Shown: positions 30,001 to 44,197, counted from the first letter of the stretch. The stretch is DNA of 64,000 bases from Guillardia theta CCMP2712 (GCF_000315625.1 NW_005434607.1:55040-119039), one strand, 5' to 3'. Notes: a model not told the origin generated them from the sequence alone. Numbers and translations: made by a program.

Positions 30001-33000
30001 CAAACTTCACAAAATCCCTGAGATTCGTACTAAAACTCAGATTGGACTTGCTTGTTGAAATCCAAGGAAGTGCACAAAGTGCGGACAAATTGGATTTCTG
30101 GATACACAGCACTGGATGGGAGCCCTCAATTTTACAGAAAAGTGTTGTTCCATAAGCATAGAAGTTTCCTATGACTGTAACTGTCAAGCCAGAGGTAACT
30201 TGAATGTGAACGAGGGGAAAAACTTTATCTATTACAAGCAAAGTCTCATATTGCATTCTTTGAGTAAAGAGAATTGATCCGCCAAGTTCAAGTGATATTG
30301 TAGCTATTCCTGATATTCCCTCTGGAGATTGACAAAAAATGACACTTGATGTTTGAAACGTAGAAAGCGTCACAACAGAGCCAAAATGGCAATTGTAGTG
30401 GCTTGACCAGTCGAAGTTTGTTCCTATCACTGTAATGATAGACCTCTCCAGAAGTAATCTAGAGGACGGAGCAATCGAAAAGACCAGCGCTGCCTTGGTA
30501 AAGCGATATTTCACGGAATTGACGCTTTTGCGGTGTTTGGATAACAAGTCTACTTCTACTGTGCCTTCGGACTGTGATGGAATCATACAGTTTCCAAAAG
30601 AACTATTGAGAAGATATAGCTTGGACGTGGTTCCGTCAAAATTACAGTAGAATTGCTCTCCACCTATGAAGCCATCAAATTGAATGGTAACATTCCTCGC
30701 ACCCGAAATGCAACCTTCTGACGGAAAAAGACTTACTATGCTCAGATTTCCAAGCAGCAAGAATGCAAATTTTGTTTGCAGCAGGTCTTGACTGTCAAAA
30801 GAAAGCATGAAGGTGACATTTGAATTTTTCAATGCAGGTGCAACGCAAAGAATCAAGGTAGACGTGTATGATTTGGGTGGTCGAGAATTCATGCCAAACA
30901 CGCAATCAACAGGCCAAAAGAGAGGAAAATTTAAACCCCGTACCGACACTTCTATCCCTGGACTCCCTTGTAGAGGTTCCACAGAGAGTAAATGAATGGA
31001 CTCTAAAATATTGAACTGTACTTCGTTGGATTCGTACTCATGCGCAACGCTCAATCTGATTGCAAAGCTCGTGTCTTCGAAAAGTGTTAAGTTTGGAGCA
31101 GAGCATGTCACTGCGGATGAAGACAAGTATGTGGCTCGGATGGTATGCGAATCAAATATGCAATTCAACGAATCGTCCGCAATCAAATGTTTGCCAATTA
31201 AGGTTAGGACAGGCCTAGTATTCGGGTAACCGACTGAAGGGTAGACATGGTGCAGCTGAAAATGTTTGAAATACCTGAATTTGCAATGGTTTGTTTCTAA
31301 AATTGTGACATCACTTATGATCGACAATGTGACGGATCCCTCCGAGGGACTAGGAGGTGAAATGCACGTTATCACGGAATTAGATCCTGTCTGAGCAGCT
31401 GCCACCTTTTCTCCAAATAGGCAAGCAAATCTCCCCTGTGGTGCGTTCATCATTACGATTCGTACTTGTGTTCCACCCGACAATGGTCCCATACTTGGAT
31501 GCACTACAATTTCAAAGGATTTGTTTTCAATCAGTACTTCAATATCTTGAACACGGATATGCCCTTTGTATCCGATTTGGAATCGAAATTTCCCGGGAGA
31601 AATAAAGTGTTCAACTGTGCAGATTACTTGCTTGTAAGAGACATACGATTTGACACATTCGAATTTTCCGAGAGAAAGGATGACATCGCCGTGAAAATGT
31701 CTGCCTGACAATGTAAATGATATTGGTTGAAAAGCCAGACTTGCCGTGGGTGATAAGCTGTCAAGAAGTGGAAAATGCACTCGGAAAACAGTCAAACTCA
31801 TCTCGCTTCGGCAATTCGCCGATGAATATACCTGGAGCGGAACTACTCCAAATGGCCCACCAGGAATTACACATAACAACGAATTACTACCTATCACAAC
31901 AGAAGTTTGAAATTGCTCGTCTATTCGACAAAAATACTTCAACCCAGTCTGCATGAAACCAGCGGTTGTAATTTGTATGATGGTTTCATCCTCAACAAAT
32001 GCTGTAGGAGGCTGTATATCTACGATAAATTTTCCTTGTGTCCATGAAACAAGAGGGATGTGAAAAATGTTCGAAATCCGTTGGTGCTCGAGCAGAATAG
32101 AGACAGGTAGATCATTGGTGTCAACGATCATACAGCTTGCCATGCAGATGAGAGTCGTGTCGTCGATGAATTGAATGGGGACAATGCGTTGGACTATCTG
32201 GCAATATAAAGACGGATGGAACAAAAAATTTGTTCCCCTCACAAGTATCCTCGCTGAGCTAGTCTCAGGAATGAATGTCAGCTGCGCTGAACGTATGCAA
32301 GGATTTGTTTCTACAACTTGTACCATCAAGGCTGGTCCGATCATGTAAGCTCCGAATTGGAATGATACACTGTGATTTCCATGCTTTTCGAAGGATATTT
32401 GAAAGAGGAGTTCTTGGCGAGATACAAAAGTACATGAATTTGACTGTTTCGTTCCTATTTGCAATATCATATGGTTGCATGACTGAAAATGATTTCCAAA
32501 AACAGTGAGCGAATCGACTTTAGTTTGAACTAGAAGTGTCGGATGTATGCTGAAAATCTCTGGTGTAGACAAATATTGAATCCATAGTCCATTCCGGCTG
32601 ATGACGTTGCAAGGACCCACCACATGGATTAGGACATTTTGTCTTTCAAAATTTGTGATTGCACACAAGAGCTTTGTAGAGGATTGATATATTGCTTTAG
32701 TCAAATGATCTTGACCAATTTTGCAAAGGAGGCTTTCAAGGTTTGAGAATTCAGACCCAAATATGGTGATCACAGTATGTTGTCTTCGTGATGCTACTGT
32801 TGGCAGCACAGCATAAAGCTCAATATCTTGCTGGTAAGAAAAGTTCTTTTTGATTAACCCAACATCCAGAGAAAATGTTACATTTCCGAATGCAACTCCA
32901 GGAGGGCTGATGCATACAGTTTTGTGGTCATCAATCATCACAGTTACGTTTTGGTTTCCAAAGAAGCATACTGTAGGACTTAGATCGTTGAGCGTAAGTA

Positions 33001-36000
33001 CAATGCGTGTTCCACCCGAGATAGGACCGCATGTTGGGTTCAACTGAATCTGATATGAAACATTTACATATTCAAACCATAGAGCATTCAGCGAAATCAC
33101 CCTTTGACCTGAAAGAATCTTCACCAATAGATTGCCCGATGAATATTGCGGAGCCAGACACTGCAGAGAATTGTTTGACAAAATTTTTGACTGAGTGAGA
33201 AGTCTCCCAAACAAGCAGCTGATATTTAGATATGATGCAAGATTTGTATCAACGTGAAGGGTTACATAAAAGTTGCCTGTTGTTGGACCAGAAGTGGGGA
33301 TTACTTGAATGATTGTCAGGTTGCTGTGGACAAGAAAATCTTTACGATTACTCGACAAATTCCACCCATCCCAGCGCAATGAAAGATTTGATTGCCCAGG
33401 AATGAGACGTGGAAGGGTGCAGACGTGTTTCTGTTGCAAAATGTTGACTGGAGAACTATCCGAGCCCGAGCCAAAAACACATCGGCAAGTCCCATTCAAC
33501 ATACGGCCTGATACCTGAAGCTCTAACAAGATACCTCCAGAGGATGGGCCAACAGAGGGAACCACAGCGACAAGCTGTGGAACAGTCACAAATTTGTATA
33601 CGTTATCACACAAAGGTACTGATTGGTTTTCAGATTTCAAAACAAAGGGAACTATACCTTCCTTGTGATATGGTGAGATGCATGTGACATGGTTCACTGA
33701 AAGAGACGTGGGGAACACGACGAGTTCGCCGAAATGGCAGGAAGGTGAAATCCAGCTCAAAGTCATGTTGAACGTGACAGTTACAAGGGCTCCTCCGTCC
33801 CCTGGCCCTGCAGTACTGTCCAAATGACATTTAAATGGATGCACAATATGCAACGTCTTATTCAACAAAAACGGTCCAGAATTCTTCAGAAGCAGCGTTA
33901 TGGTGTGATTTCCTGGCTTTTCATGCGCAGGCAATTTACAGACGAATTCCTTCGTATTGAGCTGTTTTAGAGCATTTGCTTGTAAATTTCCGATCAAAAC
34001 TTTCTGGAGTGTGTCAATGGTGAAGATTTCACTTACAAGATGCAACTCTGCATTTGAATTAAGCAAAATATTCTCTGGATACACAACAACTTCAGCAACT
34101 CTGTGTGAAACCTGAACAGATGAATTGAAAACTGAGATGGAAGTAAAGTTGTGAGAAATGAAAACTTGTATTTTCAGAAGGCTGTCATACCCCAACCCTG
34201 CATAATGGTGCATTTTTAGCTCACACCTCAACACGGTTGAGGTCAAAATCTTGATGATTGAGCTCTTGTCCTGGACTCGGCAATATAGAGCTGATGAAAA
34301 TGATGATCCAAAGATTGTGACGGCGTTGTGACTGTTCAAAAACAGTCCTGTCGGATGTACAGAAAGAAATTGGAATGGACTGATAGACTTGAATTCCACG
34401 CTATTTGACGAGACATTTTGTGCCAAGTCTTTGACTGTCAAACGAATTATGCCTTCGATCATACTGGGTGTCACACAGGACAAAGATGTAGAGGATTGCC
34501 AGGACACTTCTACTTGTTTTTGGTCGAATTGGCACCTCAAATCACCATGTTTATTGAATTCACCACCAACAATTGCGATGACCATCCCTCCATGTGAAGG
34601 GCTTTGACTTGGGTTAACATCTATGAAGATAGACGGAATCCTGGGTGACAAGGCTCCACATTCGAAGTAGTACAAATTGTTGACTGACAAGACCACCATA
34701 CAAGTGTTGTTCTGAAAGGCAATTGAAAACGGACAAGAAACAAACTGCTGGGACAAGAATATCGCATTAACAGGTATAGTAGAGTATCTGCCATGACAGT
34801 TACATATGTAGTTCATTCGTTCATCAAAGCTCTGTCCAACAATCGTCAAGCGAGGGCTTATCGAAGGGTTGTAAAGGAGGGAATGGACCTTCAATGAAGG
34901 AGGATCGAATAGGATTTCTTCAGATATGCGTGCACCCGTCGTGTCCAATAGAAACACTTTAGTTGGTTGCGTGGTAATGAAATACCCGACCGTGCATTGA
35001 ACCTTGGTGGATGACACAGACAGCACAACAAAACTTTGATTGGAAAAAAAACAACGCAAATCTTCCCCAAACTGATTTCCTATGAATTGAATCTTCCATG
35101 AAGTCGATGAAACGTAAAAGTATTGCATTGAAATATCTCTATGAACAAACAAGAAAAACCTGCAGGAAGAAAATCCTTGGTGAGTGCAACAAAGCTTGTA
35201 CGTACCGTCATTGTTCGAGGGGAGTAAAAATGAAATCAAAGAATCGTTGTGGAGAACAAAATCATTGATGATTGAAGAAGCAATGAATAACTGATCAACA
35301 AGCAGCAAACCATTCCCTAGCACCGTGATCGAGTCCCCACCATTCACAGATCCCGCGCTGGGTTGTATCGATACTATCGTCACCCCGCTTACATATTGAT
35401 AGTTACAAACTGTCCTCGTGTAGTCTGCCCCGTTCACGGACAATGACAACGACACATTCCCCGCAACGTGGACTGGGCTTGTACAAACTGCCTGTGTGCT
35501 TGATTGAAATGTACCTTCTACCGTGCGTTCGCCAAACTTGCAGATCGGCTGGTAGCCTCTTTCAAAACCTCGTCCTACTACAGTCACCGTCGTTCCTCCA
35601 TCTGACGTCCCTGAGCTGGGATAAGCATGCAACACTTGAGCTTCAGCGATGTACTCAAACCAAGTGGAGCTGCCGTTCCTCGATGGGACATCTGACACAA
35701 TGAAGACATTGACAAGGCCTGGACTCTTTGATGGCGGGGTATTGCACAAAAGAGTAGTTGTCGTCTGTGCAGAACATGTCGTTTCATGCTTTCCAAATAC
35801 CCAGATGTAAGTATTCCTGTACGAGTGTCCCAAGTTCTCTCCTATCAAGGTTATCAAAGTATCTCCCGTGACTGGGCCTGTCGATGGTACCACCTCATAA
35901 AGTCTGGGAGGGTGTACCCTCGCAAAAGGCAGCTGGTTGCTGTGCTCAGTCGGCTGATTTCCCTGCATATTCCCCACGGAGACATAGTGCATACCGATAG

Positions 36001-39000
36001 GGAATGATCGTATCTGGGTTGCCGCCATACTGCTCGAGAGGATTGTAGCCTCATACTTGGCATCGGAGACTTGAATGTACAGATGATCCAAATCTCGAAA
36101 ATTCAGACCAAAAACTGTCAAGGCTGTTCCTGCTCTATGACAGATGGATGGCACGACACGGAAAATCGTAACCTCTCGCGTCAGAAACTCAAACGTGAGC
36201 GGTTCATTTACCAGCGATAAGCCCCTCCATGTGACATCAAGTCCCACCACCCCGTGCAGGCTAGGTGCGGCTATGTCACATACGATTTCCTTATCTGATA
36301 TCTGTCGGGCAGGATATGTGAAGGTGTGCGAAATGCGACAGAACAAAGTGTCAAACCCTGAAAACCCCCAGCCATGTACCGTCACAGTATTTTTGGAACT
36401 TGCATGCCCATGACTAGGAGACACTCTTGTCACCTGATCTCTGCCTCCAAACTCGGCTAGAAACCCATTCAACGCTGCAGACAGAGCCCCGTAGTAAATT
36501 GATATCAAGTATTTCCCTTCAAGTCGGTCGATGATGGGACATCTTAAAACCCTTGACGTCAGATACTGCGCCGAAGTACGTATGTCGGATCCAAACAAGC
36601 AGGTGTATTGATTGATTCCAACGAAACCCTCACCACTCACAAAGATCGATTTGCCTTTGCTCTTCTTGATCAGAGAAGGAACAATGCCTTCCAACCTGTG
36701 CGGCGGCATCAAAAGATATTGCACACAATCTGTTGACTTCCTGGTATCGTTCGAAAGCCTTTTGGTGTGCACGCAAATATGAACAAGTCCATCACCGTCT
36801 TGGATTTCTGGAATCGTGCACATTATGGTTGTAGAATTCATCACCATCGCTTGAGCAACACCATCTCGAACTTTGCAAAAATACTCTGTCTCTTCGTGGA
36901 AAGAGTTACCCCAGATGGTGACCGCGGTCGATCCCATTCGAGGTCCAACACTTGGGGTAACTCGCTCCAGAACAACCCGACTCACGATCTCGATCGATGC
37001 GTTGGCGGATTTCAGGTCATAGCCTGAGTCTGGGCAAAGAGCAATTACGTGCGATCCTATGCCTATCTCTTGTGTTGTCAGTTCGCACAGAAGCATGCTT
37101 GAAGACGGAGCTTCCACAACATACTGCAGGCTGGCAATCTGCAGGCACATAGGAGGGTTTGCAGAAAACCCTTCTCCAATTATCGTCAATATGCTTGTAT
37201 CCCCTGATTCAAAGACTTTGGGGATGAGAGCACTTATTTCGATCGATTGCCTCAAGACAATCGGGATCTTGTTCGATCGCAAGTCGGCATTTGCTTTCCG
37301 AGCTACCTCTATGAATGCTGTTTCTGAAGATAAAATCCGCGGCATAGCCACCTTACAGAGCAGTTGTCCATTCAACAAAGCGCCCGGCATCGACGATGAC
37401 GGCTCATGTGAGAAAATACAGAAATCGCCCTCCAACAAATCTACCCCTACCACTGTAACTGATGAAATTCCGGATGTGGTCAGCGACGACGGGTTTACGC
37501 TATATATGCGAGGGACGGACAAGTATTGAAATGAAATCTGCTGACCAGAAGTGTAACGCTGACCCGAGGACCAGAGGCTAAGCTCAGCAAGAAAGCTCCT
37601 CTCGAAGAAGGGAGAAACACATATGATCATGAACGAGCTCTTGAACGATGTGTCTGAAGATGAGCTTGAATCGAATTTGCATGAAAGTCCTGAAAAAAAA
37701 CCCGTACCTTGCACCGTGATCGAGTCCCCACCATTCACAGATCCCGCGCTGGGTTGTATCGATACTATCGTCACCCCGCTTACATATTGATAGTTACAAA
37801 CTGTCCTCGTGTAGTCTGCCCCGTTCACGGACAATGACAACGACACATTCCCCGCAACGTGGACTGGGCTTGTACAAACTGCCTGTGTGCTTGATTGAAA
37901 TGTACCTTCTACCGTGCGTTCGCCAAACTTGCAGATCGGCTGGTAGCCTCTTTCAAAACCTCGTCCTACTACAGTCACCGTCGTTCCTCCATCTGACGTC
38001 CCTGAGCTGGGATAAGCATGCAACACTTGAGCTTCAGCGATGTACTCAAACCAAGTGGAGCTGCCGTTCCTCGATGGGACATCTGACACAATGAAGACAT
38101 TGACAAGGCCTGGACTCTTTGATGGCGGGGTATTGCACAGAGTGAAACTAGTTGTGAGATAAAAACACTGAGCTTGAGCTTGTCCAAAGCGAATCTGTGT
38201 AACAGCTGAAAAACCAGATCCAAAAATTTGAACCTGTGTTCCTCCACCGTATTGCCCAAACGAAGGGGAGAGACCGGAAATTCGAACAAGGGAATTTGGG
38301 TTTCTTTGATGCTGGTCCACGACTGCAACGGAGAAGTCATTGGACCATTCAAGCCTGTTGGCACTGACCGACACATTCACTGCTTCACTCGAGGTCGGGG
38401 TGATGGTGCAGACAATCAGCGACGAGGATACTATCCGCGAGTCTACTACCTTTCTCCGGTCTTGCCTGCAAAGCATAGACTCCATCTCGAAATCTGCCCC
38501 TTGCACTGTTATGGGTGTCGAAAGCCCCCTCCGCACGCTCGATGGGAATACACCGTGTATCCTTGCCACCGGCCTGTACAAGTACGTGACCCCAGCATCT
38601 GAATAGAGCCCATCGTCGCCAAGCACGACAACCTCTACATCAGAGCTGACAAGCTGCTTTGGGCTCACGCACAACACCATTGTGCTCGACACCTGGGCCA
38701 AGGAATCTGTTCTGAGCCTCCCGAATCGACATGCTGATTGTCCTCCTACGAGATTCTTTCCTCGCACGGTCACAATGGTCCCACCACCAAGACTTCCCTG
38801 ACTTGGTACGCATGAATGAATTCGAGCGCCCCCTTGCTCTTCAAATATTTCAGGCTGTGCCACTATCTTGAATATATTGTCCCCCTCCGTCACCTCTATG
38901 GACAGGTTGAACACTTTCCTGCAACGCAAGGAATCGAAGTGGCAGAGCATCACATCCTCAGACACGAAGACTGCTTGGACATAAAGACTGTCAAGTTCAC

Positions 39001-42000
39001 ATCTGACAACCTTATCGTATGAGAACCCCGAGCCAACCAAACGAATGAATGATCTTTCAAGACCTCTGGCTCGTTGTCGGCATTGAGCCTTCACCACCTT
39101 CACAGGTTTTGTGACTATGACTTGGACTGATTCCGCGCTCAGGCCGTTGTCACTGCGTACGTACATAGAAAAATTTCCATGCTGTAATCCTTCAATTGCG
39201 CATTCGAGGTGTGTACTGGTATGAAAATATGGAATACCTTCTTTCCTGCCAAACATGCATCTCAAGCTCTCCCGATCCATGAAGTTTTCTCCAGATAAAG
39301 TCACTCTGGCCGTCGCCTGCCCTTCGACCACAAACAATGAAGGCCAAACTGTGCTCAGGATGGGATTTGGCATGTACGAATAAAGCAAGTCCCACTCAAC
39401 CATGCCCTTCACCACACTTATCACCCTCAGCTGCATCAGACCAGGCCTACCTGGTGGCGAAACACAGACAAGCCTTGATGTATTGGCGTCACTATACCCT
39501 TCCACAGTTGTCGCGCCGAATACGCACCGGACCGATCCAACAGTTTCCATACCATGACTTGTGCTGAAATGGATGACCGTCCCCCCCGAACAAGGTCCTT
39601 CCGATGGATGATAATCAAGCATGTGGACTGCATCGGTTGGTATGTAGAGGAAGGGAAAGCGTGGCGATTTGAAAGAATTTCTTCCTGTGCTGGTTATCAT
39701 CATCTCAACTGATCCAGCCTCGTGCGCGGGCGGCGCTGTGCATTGCAAAGTCTTATGGTCGACTATCTGAGCATCCACAGGGCTTTTTCCGAACAAGCAT
39801 CTCCAAGTCGTCGTTGGAAAAGCTGTACTTGCTAAGACGCTTATGACCGTGCCCCCTCCAACAGCTGAAGACGTTGGGTCAATAACGATGTCCAACGGAA
39901 ATGCCCAAGAGTGCAGAGTTCTCACGTTTGAGAGATGTCCTCCAACTTTGCTGCATCGAATCGAATGTTCCCCGGCAGGCAACCCCGGGATCTCCAATAC
40001 AGCACGAGATACATCCACCAACTCCATTGCAACAGCACTGATAGCCCCTACATCGCATAGCACCTTCTCGTCGAAGTTTGCCCCAAGCATTGTTATGCGC
40101 GAAGGCGTCTCAGCCAAACAGACCTCTGGAATGATCGCATCGAGCTGTACTTGGGTATAGAACTCGTACAACAAATAACCCCTGCTAAACACCTGGCTGT
40201 CAAGGCCCACAGACATAGAAATGGTTCCTGCTGGAGATTCTGGAGTCCGACACACTATTTTCCTCGAATCCACCACCGTGCTCAAAGTTGCAGACGTAGA
40301 GAAAAGACAATACAGGTCCTTTCCAGACAGAAAATTTCTTCCTACAATCGTTGCTATGCTGTTCCCCTGGGTCGGGCCAGATGACGGAAAGATCTCCTCG
40401 ACTACAAACAATGGAGCAAACATGAATTCAATGCCAGGTCCTGATAATGCCAAGCTGCCCTTGTACAGCTCTAAACGGACGGTACCTTCCTGATGTGATG
40501 GCGTGTAACACACTACTTCTTCTCTGCTCTTCCCTAACTTAGCATCCACCATCTCACCCTCAAATGAGCAAACAAGCGCATCTTTCACATGCAACTTGCT
40601 GATAGCAAACGTGACAAGGCTTCCACCATCGGTCGGACCTATTGTCGGGTAGACCAGCTTGACTATTCCCAACTCCTCATACTGGAACATGAAGTCCATA
40701 ACCTTCTCCTTTGCATCAGACATGACTAGGACGGATACATTCCCTGGGGAGGATCCTGTGGGGACGACACAGACAAATTTTCCTGGCAAGCTCTGTCCCT
40801 GTGCTACCTGATCTCTGAACTTAAAGCTGACATTTCGTGCAAGAATCAGACGTGAGTGAAAAACGGTCAGCGTTATCCCACCCACCATTGGCCCTTTCGA
40901 AGGAGTGATCAACAAAGCTTCAATCTGGGGTTCGAGTCGCACGGTCTGACTTGATAGACTGAAGTCCACTCCGTTGTTCGCGACTTTCAAGCTCATCTTC
41001 CCCTCCTCCAAGCTCGGTATATCACAGAGAACTTGCGTCGATGTTATCAAAGTAGCCATCTTGACATGCTTGTCGGCGAACAGACAAGAAATGTCGTGGC
41101 TCTGCTCAAAGTTTCGCCCGATCACAGTGAGATGAAGGTCAGGTGACAAGAACACTTCTCCAGGTAAGACAGCATCGACTTGCTCATCATCGTAGAATTT
41201 GAACGTCCATTCTTTTCCAGAGTGCCTTGATGCTGCAGTATCGTACTTGACTGATTCCCGCGATGCAAGCCTCATAGCCACTTCTCCTATCACTGTTGAA
41301 GGTGGCGCGACACACCGAAATTCATCATGTCTACTCCCTTTGATCAATCCAGTCCACTGTGCTCCTATCATACAGCCAAGATCCTTCTCGCTCAATGCAC
41401 CCCTAATACGTATGGATATGGTTGTTCCGCCCCGTGCAGGCCCGCAAGTCGGTCTGATCTCAAGTATGTTTGTGCTGGGCTCTACTGCGAGCTGAAGGTC
41501 ACTCGACAAAGGCTCAAGCCCGTGGATGTTGAACGTGATCCTGTAAAGTCCAACAGCCAGACCTTGAGGTACACGACAGACATAATCGCCCGAGCTCTCC
41601 CGTGAAAGCTTTGCCACAGCTCCCCCAATCCCACAGCCCGCTTCAAGAAGCGGAGCGAGGCCTTGTCCTTTCATTGTTATGACCGTAGAAATTTCTTGGT
41701 AAGCAATACTAGGCACGATCGACGTCACCTGTGGTTCGGGCCAGTAGAGGTATGCAAACTCGTTAGAGTTCAGCGCAGCAAAAGTGTACTCAGACTGGAC
41801 TATCGTCAATGGAACCAGTCCAGCTTGCATGGAAGGGCTCTCACATACAGCAAGACTGGCTGCTATTGTGATGGTCGCCCTTCCGACCGAAGATTGACCA
41901 AATTTACAGAAAGTAGTATTCCTTCCAAGCTGATTTCCGATCAAAGTAATCTTGGTTCCACCACGAGTTGGACCGGATGATGGAGTAATTTTCAGCACTG

Positions 42001-44197
42001 CAAAAGCTTCTTCGAAGTCAAAGCGCAAAACATTCGAGCATACTTGATCTTGTTCAGATATGCACAGCTTCAGCTCGACACGCCTTGCAAAAGAGCTCGA
42101 GATCTTGCACGCTGCCATCGACGATGAGATCATCACTGCACTGCTGTGCATAGAACCAAATCTGCACGTCGAATGCAGACCCATATGGTCAAGAGATCCA
42201 ACGACAGAGACAAACGTGTATACACCGACCAAACCTCGGCTTGGTAGTAGTCTCTGGATCTTTATCTGATCTAAGGAGATGAATAGAAGAGAGTTTGATA
42301 TAATATCATTACTCCCTACAGACAACGACACTGTTACATTCCCTGAAGCAAGTGCCGGGATACCGCATTGCACCCGGGAGGTAGATAGCCAGCGAGCTTC
42401 TGCATATGTCTTGCCCTGCCCGAAAACGCAGCGGGCATCGTTCATGTCAGTCCTGAAAACTCCTCGCAACTCGATCCAAGCTCCATCGCCCCCCCGACCC
42501 ACGGTGGGGCTCAAAGAGAGCAAGAGCACTTCCGACCAGTCGTCGTCCAGAATCCTCGCATCGATCAATTGATTGTCGCAGTAGAAGGTGAAAGACTGTG
42601 CCCTCGGGATGTCTCCGCGCGCTTTGCACAGAGACACGGTCGACGTCAGCCATACAGCCTGCAGCAACCTGTTGTCCTGTCCAATGCTGCATGATACCGC
42701 ATCCGGCATGAAGTTCTCTCCAACAACACGAATTACGTGCAATCCCGTCTCACTCTCAACATGCTGGGCCGTTGATTGGACGGTACATTGCAAGGTATAC
42801 TGTACGTTCATAGATCCGCTGACCACCAGACCATCCTCACCACATGTTACATGTACCTGCACAATGGATGGAATGTCGTGTGCTGGTGTGACGCAGATTA
42901 CTCTCGTAGACGACAGTACCCTCGCCTGGCTCATTCCGATGTCTTCGAAGACACACGTCACCAGCATGACGTCGGCTTGATCCCCAAGATGTTCACCAAC
43001 AACGGTTAGCTGCATTCCCCCCTTGACTGGTCCTGACGAGGGGATCAGCTTGTTGATCCGAGGTTCTCCCAATATCTGAAAAGGTGAGCTACACTTCATC
43101 CCAGACTCTCTTTTGTTGTTGCTCACCCGCAGGGTCACAAGCTGAGGCTCTAGGCTCAATACCAGACGGCAAGTTCCCATGGCTGTCGACAAGATGTCAC
43201 ATACCTGCCAGCCCAGCCCGTTGATCTGTACATAGAGCGACATCTCAAAGTGTCTTCCCCGTAATGTCACAACAGCGCTGGAATTACCCTGGACGGCCCA
43301 CGATGGTTGTATAGAGTCTATCTCGGGTGTTTGGAGCACATAGAACGCTCTGAGAGCTGAGACATGCTGCCCATCTGTCCCTTTCACTTGCCAAAATACA
43401 GGACCAGGAGTGCTCGGTAGCGTCTTGCAGCGAATCAATGAGGAAGACGCCCACAAGATCAAAGACTCTCGGGCCCCATATCGGCACCCAGGACGTTGGA
43501 TATCAAAGTGCTTGCCGACGATATCTACCCACAACCCGCCTTGAATAGAGCCAACGGACGGAAGTACCGCCTCTAGCATTGCCCTTTCTCGTTCCAAGTA
43601 TTGAAAGAATACATTGCTTTTCGATCGAGTAGTACCTAACCACAAAAATACCCGTACTCGAGCACTACTTGCTTTGGCTGCGGAGAAACATCCAAACTGT
43701 TGATCGCTTATCCGAATAGCTCCTGTCCTTGCTCCAAGCTCACCGAATTCACACTCCATAGGCATGTCAGGTATCGTCTCTGCAGTGGAAAAGCTCACGA
43801 AGGTGCCTCCGGCTGCTGGTCCGACACTGGGCGTTGCTGTTTGTGGTGTGGGCTCGGCAATGATATTCAAACTCAACCCGGGAACAGGTCGATATTGCCC
43901 GCCTCCAACACTTAAGAACAAGGTAAAGTTGCCTATCCTTCTTATCCCTTGAAACAGACAAAGCACCTTTGTGGAAGACTGGTAGCGAGTATCGCCCAGG
44001 AGATCACCGCCCACCATGCACGACATCTGGGGATTGGGTCGAAAGTTTGTTCCGACGACTGTCAAGAGAATTTGGCCAAGAATGGAAGAAGAAGGCTCAA
44101 ATCTTACAAATATTGCTCCGGTACAATGGCTAGAGTGAGGTTGGTGTTCGTTGTCAACGTTGGAGTCCACTTGACAAATAAAAAGTTTGTCGTCATT
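2..44197 (-). CDS. Giant tandem IPT/TIG (Ig-like) repeat protein, distal part; open frame of 14,732 codons running off the left edge (3'-partial)
   Basis: Hand translation with codons starting at positions 1 mod 3 gives IPT repeats at every site sampled: 44101 FEPSSSILGQILLTVVGTNF, 33058 SYQIQLNPTCGPISGGTRI, 19798 MVEPSIGPVKGGTIVKVSG, 10198 GYEWTSGFVVMRIEPSVGGVDGGDWIRVEG, 6058 IEIFEDTFISGAFPSSGPLDGGTVLTITG, window end RVRVEKIWPTSG. No minus-strand ORF in the track ends in this frame between 1 and 44197, as expected if there is no in-frame stop. The upstream bound is TGA at 44198-44200. Confidence 0.9.
3..2289 (+). repeat. Block A copy 1 (direct repeat of 9900-12186, offset 9897)
   Basis: Near-identical sequence with about five substitutions seen (281, 1133, 1202, 2178, 2252). 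It may extend beyond the left window edge. Confidence 0.95.
6375..8620 (+). repeat. Block B copy 1 (direct repeat of 11802-14047, offset 5427)
   Basis: Near-identical sequence with roughly ten substitutions seen. Shadow ORFs in the track are duplicated (e.g. 6680/12107, 8246/13673). Confidence 0.95.
9900..14047 (+). repeat. Full GC-rich cassette containing block A (9900-12186) and block B (11802-14047), which overlap by 385 bp
   Basis: Direct comparison with 3-2289 and 6375-8620. The 385-bp overlap is present three times (1905-2289, 6375-6759, 11802-12186). Confidence 0.95.
18649..18901 (+). repeat. Block C copy 1 (253 bp; repeat at 24673-24925, offset 6024)
   Basis: Identical except one substitution seen (cagactctct vs cagaccctct). 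Confidence 0.93.
24673..24925 (+). repeat. Block C copy 2
   Basis: Matches 18649-18901. Confidence 0.93.
35320..35748 (+). repeat. Block D copy 1 (429 bp; repeat at 37711-38139, offset 2391)
   Basis: No differences seen. Identical shadow ORFs at 35443-35703 and 37834-38094. Confidence 0.93.
37711..38139 (+). repeat. Block D copy 2
   Basis: Matches 35320-35748. Confidence 0.93.
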
